Shown here piece after piece: positions 58,496-64,000 of a DNA stretch of 64,000 bases (positions are counted from its first letter, which is position 1; the number at the start of each line of letters is the position of its first letter). The notes under the pieces are model-generated. The model saw only the letters and a list, made by a program, of their open reading frames with translations. It did not search any database and was not told the origin of the DNA. The stretch covers positions 3,906,001-3,970,000 of the forward strand of contig NC_059430.1 of assembly GCF_021028975.2 (NCBI RefSeq). The letters are read 5' to 3'. Position numbers and translations under genes: made by a program. Source of the stretch: Sphaerodactylus townsendi. Taxonomy: Eukaryota.

Positions 58496-60216
58496 AAATC
58501 CCCCCTTTTTAATTGTGCGCCTGAAGGAACCTGAGGGGGCACACTAGCCGAACTTGGTCCAGTATTGCAGCGCTGACGAGGGTAGGGGTATTGGGGCACA
58601 CGACCGGGAGCATATGAAGGTGGAGGAGCGATTGGTATAGGAGCCGAGGCTGGAGGCCTGGTGGACATTACTGCAATCAGGGGACGACCATTTGGACTAG
58701 CCGGAGTCGGCCTCAGTGCAGCCTGCATGGACGTGCAGCAGGAGGCTGCAAGGGGAGCACAGTGGATGCAACAACAAACAAACAAACCTAATACAATAAT
58801 GATTATTATTGTTACAAACAGTCCCCTCAGCCAGGCAAAGTTTGGCAGCCAATCCAGGGCATGAGTCCAGAAATCTGTCTGAGCCACCTCACTCAAGGGA
58901 TGCACAATGTCTTGTAAATCATTAATATTAGTGGTGACATTCCCCTCCATATTTATGGACAGGCAACATTGTTCTCCCAACAGGGCACATGTTCCTCCCT
59001 GTTGAGCACTAAGAACATCTAAAGCCCGGTGATTCTGCAGAACCATATCAGCGATAGAATGGAGTTCCGTTTGTAGTCCGGAAAGGGCCTGGGCTGTTGC
59101 CTGGAATCCAGTATCAATGATGGCAGACATATTCTTCACTGCCCTTTCCAACTGGATCACCCCAAACCGCGGGAATAAAGTACGATAAAAGGTGCCCCAC
59201 CAAGGATGGGTTTCGCCTACTAGTGGGTTGTATACTACTTCTCTGGGGTATCGCCCACCTAGGTTTAACACCCTCCTAGGGGAAATAGTTTTCCGTTTTT
59301 CTAAGTCTAGGACAGCAGTGCCAAAAGAACAGAGACCAGACCAATCATGGTGAATCACTTTTCGCCCCACAGTGCCACAGATAAAAAACAAACCTTTCTC
59401 GCTTAATAATAAAGCCCTCCTTTCTCTAGGAAACTTTGAAACTAGCTGTTGGCAAACTGGGTCTATCTGCTTATTGGCAGTGGGGGCTACACATGTCTGA
59501 AGGATGGCCATCCAGGGCAGGATGGAGGTGGCTGTACCTTCCCAGACAGTAACATTATTTTCTTGATAGGTACGATATTCTTGGCCGTAGGCTTCAGGGG
59601 AATTTACAGAGATGTGGATCGTATAGTGAGAGTCTGATACTGTGAGATACCCCGTTTGTGGTTTCCCTGGGGGTGCTATGACAGAGATTTCCCCTTTTTC
59701 TGGGATCCACTCGAAATTAGTAAATGACAGAATGGTATCACATAGTTGGTGTGGCGGAGAGCCATAGTCAAACCTTCCTCCCTGTCTCTGCAAACAAATA
59801 GGAAAACGACGGACCTTGTCAGTCCGGATGGAGGTAGTATAGACCTCTCTGCCTTCAGACCCCAGGCGGTGAATGGTGTCAAGTTTCCACTCCTCGGGAA
59901 CGTTGACCCATTCCACCTGTTTGGGGACCTCCAGGGGCCATTCATGATGATCGTATACATTGGCTGGCCCTTCTGAAAAATCAAACCACCATAATAGGGC
60001 CTTGGCTATGTGAGTATAGTGTGCCCAGGTACCTGAGTAGGCCATCTGGGTTTTATAGCACAACCAGCAGTCTGAGAGATTGCCAAAATCAGCCAGGCTC
60101 TGCAGAGGTTCCCGTAAGGGGTGTTCCAGAGGGCTTGCTCCATTTACAAAGAGCCCAAGAAGCAAACTTAAAGACAATAGGGGTCTTGGGGATACTCTAA
60201 GGTGTCCAGGCTGCAT
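58459..60216 (-). CDS. env: ERV envelope glycoprotein, gamma-type, intact (585 aa from first ATG)
   Basis: Signal peptide LLSLSLLLGLFVNGA, SU CWLC (CxxC), RYPR minimal furin site, ISD LQNHRALDVLSAQQGGTC, CX6CC, TM anchor; the ORF-track start at 60312 is TTG. Confidence 0.93.
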   Translation of the reverse strand: MQPGHLRVSPRPLLSLSLLLGLFVNGASPLEHPLREPLQSLADFGNLSDCWLCYKTQMAYSGTWAHYTHIAKALLWWFDFSEGPANVYDHHEWPLEVPKQVEWVNVPEEWKLDTIHRLGSEGREVYTTSIRTDKVRRFPICLQRQGGRFDYGSPPHQLCDTILSFTNFEWIPEKGEISVIAPPGKPQTGYLTVSDSHYTIHISVNSPEAYGQEYRTYQENNVTVWEGTATSILPWMAILQTCVAPTANKQIDPVCQQLVSKFPRERRALLLSEKGLFFICGTVGRKVIHHDWSGLCSFGTAVLDLEKRKTISPRRVLNLGGRYPREVVYNPLVGETHPWWGTFYRTLFPRFGVIQLERAVKNMSAIIDTGFQATAQALSGLQTELHSIADMVLQNHRALDVLSAQQGGTCALLGEQCCLSINMEGNVTTNINDLQDIVHPLSEVAQTDFWTHALDWLPNFAWLRGLFVTIIIIIVLGLFVCCCIHCAPLAASCCTSMQAALRPTPASPNGRPLIAVMSTRPPASAPIPIAPPPSYAPGRVPQYPYPRQRCNTGPSSASVPPQVPSGAQLKRGDFVSNAEEQEIML

Positions 60217-60587
60217 TGGCACGGTGAGATAGGTTCTTTTAGGGACAGAAAGAGGTGTGGGGCAGTTATTGGGGTACACACAAACCCACAGGAGTATAAC
60301 TCGGGGAACCAAGGGTTATACTTATACGTGGCTGCATCCTCGATCTCAAGCTGGTCTCCGTAAAGGTCTATTTCCCCGTATAGGGTAGATACAATCTTAG
60401 GACCCCACTGAGGAAGGCTACTGGGGAGACGCTCAAAGATTGTTAAGTATTCTACAGTAATGTTTTCTACAGCAATACCATATACTTGTAGAGAATAGTG
60501 GGGACAGGGGCGACAGGCAGGAGCTAAGTAGGGTGCAATCCAATAACTGGGAAACGGGAGTTCAGATGGGGTAGGGAGCATATACAT
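60168..60587 (-). CDS. Hypothetical ERV accessory ORF (139 aa) between pol and env
   Basis: ATG-initiated, same strand as the viral genes, preceded by a pyrimidine tract and TTTCTTAG; no recognised homology. Confidence 0.4.
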   Translation of the reverse strand: MYMLPTPSELPFPSYWIAPYLAPACRPCPHYSLQVYGIAVENITVEYLTIFERLPSSLPQWGPKIVSTLYGEIDLYGDQLEIEDAATYKYNPWFPELYSCGFVCTPITAPHLFLSLKEPISPCQCSLDTLEYPQDPYCL

Positions 60588-60845
60588 ATGGGCAGCTAAG
60601 AAACTAGATCAAAGCACAAAGCTAAAATCACAGATAAAAAAAACTTTAAGTATTATCACAGTTCTGCCTCAGCCTCGTTGACGGTCCTTTCCAGCGATGT
60701 TTTCAACCGGGAGAGTTCTGCGGGCTGTTGAGTCGAACACAAAATATAGTTCAGCGTCACAGGACACCGGGTCCCTCGGAAAGGGAAAAACCCGGACTTA
60801 TGCCTCTACTGAAGACTGTATCTGGAAAATATTCCAACAGGTAGT

Positions 60846-63800
60846 TTAGATGTGTTCGTTTTCCAGCAAGGTTACAGCTGCGTCAGCTTCGTCCTCTTTA
60901 GTTTCAGGCGCCGGAGGGGGTGTTTCACAGTGGGCCGGCTTTCTGCGGAAGAGCATGCGCAAATCAGATCCCAATTCAGCCAACCAGATGTCCTCGTCAC
61001 GAGCCGCTGTTTCTCTAGCCTCCACAAGGGGTGGTGCGTCAGAGTGCTTCAGGCGGGTGTGATGGACCCAGGTCTTTACCCCTCCGACTTTCACTGAAGC
61101 TTGAGTGGCAAGGAGGACTTGAAAGGGACCCTTCCACACCGGAATGAGAGGCTCTTTCTTATAGCCTTTGATGTAGACCCAGTCTCCCAGCACGAAAGGA
61201 TGTAGCGGGGCAGTCAGTCCTTCTGGTCGGATTTCGTTCAAGTCACAGTGCAGCTGTGAGACTGAGGCAGCTAGGCAAGAAATATATTCGACAGTTAAAG
61301 CATCACCCACTCTGGCTTCGTCAGCCAGGATGGGTCGGGACAGAGGGTAAGGTCTCCCATACATTATTTCAAAAGGGCTGAGTTTCCATTTTCCCCGGGG
61401 GCTGGTTCTTACTCGCAAGAGGGCCAGGGGAAGGGCATTGGGCCACTTTAAGGAGGTCTCCTGCATGATCTTGGTCAGAGCCACCTTCAGGGACCTGTTC
61501 ATTCTCTCGACCACCCCAGAGGATTGGGGCCGCCAGGAGCTCTGAAGCTTCCAGGGGATCCTGAGGATTCTGCTAACCTCCTGTACTACCTGAGCCATGA
61601 ATGAGCTCCCATTGTCAGAATTTATCCCCTCCCACGGGAACCCATAGGCCGGGGACAATGTCCTTTAGGAGTACCTTGACCACCTCTTTGGCTTGGCACG
61701 TCCTGCCGGGGTAGGCTAGGGGCCAGCCTGACATGGTATCCATGAACACAAGGAGGTACCTGTATCCTGCAGCCCGAGGCAGTTCAGTGAAGTCACACTG
61801 CCAGCTGGAGCCAGGGTGTTGTCCCCTAAATACTTTCTTCCTCTCGCAAAACCGCAGGGACGGGTTGGAGGGAAACATTTGTCTTGCGTTGGCCCAGATA
61901 ACACACAGTTTTTTTGTAATCGCTTCTGCCTGTGCTCTGACTTCTTCTTTGCTCCAATAAAAATATAGATCAAACCAATTTATCAGACCCTGACACCCTA
62001 TGTGGGTGCCTGTGTGGAGGTTTTTCAAGATCTGAAATACCAGCCCTTCAGGCACAAAGATTTTTCCTTGTTCTGTTTCCCACCATCCATCCTCCCTGGA
62101 GTGTAGTCCACTCCCTTCAGCAAATTTGTTTTCCTTTTGTGTGTATATTGGGTCTAAGTCCTGTACTGCTGGGATGAGGGCTCCTGTTATGGCAGCTTGT
62201 TCTTGTTCCCATTCCTCTTGTGCCCATGCTGCCCTTTCTAAATCCTCCTCGTCCTTTTCCTCCATTTCCTCCCAAAAAGTTAATCTAGGCCTTTGCAATC
62301 TTTCAATGAGGGCTTGTGCAACAGCTTCCTTAGTAGTGTAGTAAACCTGCTTTCCCCCTGCTGCCGCTTTTGCAGCGGTATCTGCCCTTCTGTTTCCCCG
62401 GGCCACAATGGAGTCCCCTGCTGAATGTCCCTTGCAGTGTACAATAGCAAGTTCGCTAGGTCTATGTATGGCCTCCAGAAGGCCCAGCACAAGCGAGGCA
62501 TGTTTGATTTTTGATCCTTTAGAGGTTAGTAAACCCCTTTGTTTCCAAAGTTCCCCAAAAGCATGTGCAACCCAAAAGGCATATCTGGAATCTGTGTATA
62601 TATTTGCCCGCTGACCTGTTGCCAGGACCAGCGCTCGTATTACAGCCATGAGTTCCGCAGCCTGTGCAGAATATGTTGGGGGCAGTGTTCTGGCTTCTAT
62701 GACTGTGTTCTGGGTGACAACTGCAAAGCCAGAAAACCGCTTCCCCTCCACCATATAGCTGCTCCCATCTGTCCAAAATTCTACCTCTGGGTTTTCTAAT
62801 GGCTGATCCTGCAAATCTGCACGGGCCGCGTATGTCATGTCTATGGTTTCAATGCAATCATGCAGAAGAGGACTCTCATCAGGCAGAAGAGTAGCTGGGT
62901 TTAGCTTGGTGGAGACTACACACTTCACCCCCGGGCTGTCAATTAGGATGGCCTGATATTTTGCCATGCGTTGCTGAGTTAACCAGTGGCCCCCTTTCTG
63001 TTCCAACACGGCTAAAACAGCATGAGGAACATAGACAGTCAGATCCCCCCCCCCAGCGTGAATTTTAAAGCATCCTCTACTAATAGGCAAGCAGCAGCTA
63101 CAGCACGTAGGCACGCGGGCCATCCCTTAGCTACCAGGTCAAGTTGTTTTGATAAGTATGCGACAGGTCTCTGAGTGTCAGCAAACTCCTGGGTCAAAAC
63201 TCCCTTCGCTATTCCCTTCTGTTCATGCAGGAACAGAAAGAATTATTTCGTAGAGTCAGGGAGACCCAATGCCGGGGCACTGATAAGAGCCTGTTTTACT
63301 GCCCGGAATGCGTTAGTTTCAAGGGTTTCCCATTCTATTTTTGCGAGTTCAGGCCCCGGTAGCATCTCGTACAGGGGTTTAGTTAAGGTAGCATAGTCTG
63401 GGATCCAGTTTCTGGTGTAACCTGCAATTCCCAAGAACTTCCTTAAATCTTTCCTGGTTTCAGGTTGCTTTATCTTTGTTATCGCATCTTTCCTAGATGC
63501 TGTCAAAGCTCTTTCCCCCCTCTTTAATTGATAACCAAGATAGAGCACCGTTTCCTGAGTGATTTGGGCTTTTGCCTGCGAGACCCGGAACCCCTCCTGT
63601 GCCAAAAAATTAAGGAGAGAAATAGTGGCATGCGTGCATGTAAGGGCATCAGCTGCAGAAAGGAGGAGATCATCAACATATTGGAGAAGGTTAAGCCCCT
63701 CCGGGGGATCCCAATCCCGAAGCCTGCGTTCAAGAGCAGAGCCAAAGAGAGTTGGGCTATTCTTGAACCCCTGGGGCAGGTTGGTCCAGCGGATTTGGGT

Positions 63801-64000
63801 CTTACGGCCATCCGGGTAAGACCACTCGAAAGCAAAAATGTCCCTACAAGCAGGATCCAGAGGCACAGAAAAAATGCATCCTTCAAATCAAGGCAGGTAA
63901 AATAGGAATGATCAGCGGGAATTAAGGTGAGCAAGGTGTAGGGGTTGGGAACGACGTCATGGAGATCTACCATAATTTGATTGATGCTGCGGAGATCATG
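60846..64000 (-). pseudogene. pol: ERV pol (RT, RNase H, integrase), disrupted
   Basis: LDLKDAFF, LPQGFKNSP, YVDD, TDGSS, SAQAAEL, YTDSRY, DFTELP, SDNG, PQSSGVVERMN, WKGPF; frameshifts near 63870, 63050, 61652 and TAA at 63243-63245. Confidence 0.93.

Larger units (their letters stand above)
57722..64000 (-). mobile_element. Endogenous retrovirus (class I / gamma-like), 3' part; continues past the window
   Basis: Order RT-RNase H-IN, env, PPT, LTR. Confidence 0.95.

Noticed and set aside
60217-60312. 32-aa N-terminal extension of env
   Set aside because: Begins at TTG; the ATG at 60216 directly precedes a plausible signal peptide
60785-60870. G_GAA_AAC and G_GGU_UUU as frameshift sites near the pol end
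   Set aside because: No properly spaced stimulatory structure and only short alternative frames

Overview
Eukaryotic, repeat-rich DNA from a squamate reptile, probably a gecko judging by the Sauria/Squam SINE variants and the CR1/L2/Rex/Penelope mix; there are five N-gaps. Main contents: (1) Two young, near-identical CR1 LINEs fused tail-to-tail (about 9293-13451 on +, 13443-18582 on -). Each has a zinc-finger/esterase ORF1, an APE-RT ORF2 and a 5' region of tandem 260-290 bp monomers. (2) A minus-strand array of four class II olfactory receptor genes (three intact, one pseudogene), built as a duplicated two-gene unit (about 18.6-34.9 kb and 34.9-54.0 kb). (3) The 3' half of a gamma-type endogenous retrovirus on the minus strand (57722-64000) with a disrupted pol, an intact env, an extra 139-codon ORF between them and a 774-bp 3' LTR. 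(4) Many MITEs, a non-autonomous Helitron, solo LTRs and LINE/SINE fragments. The most interesting signal is in both CR1 copies: ORF1 ends on a correctly phased U_UUA_AAC slippery heptamer whose -1 frame runs without a stop into ORF2, suggesting virus-like -1 programmed ribosomal frameshifting in a LINE. Other notable points are the monomer-type CR1 promoter, the microhomology fusion of the two CR1s, and the ERV's candidate accessory ORF and PPxY-bearing Env tail. All family assignments come from motif recognition by eye; no database search was run.
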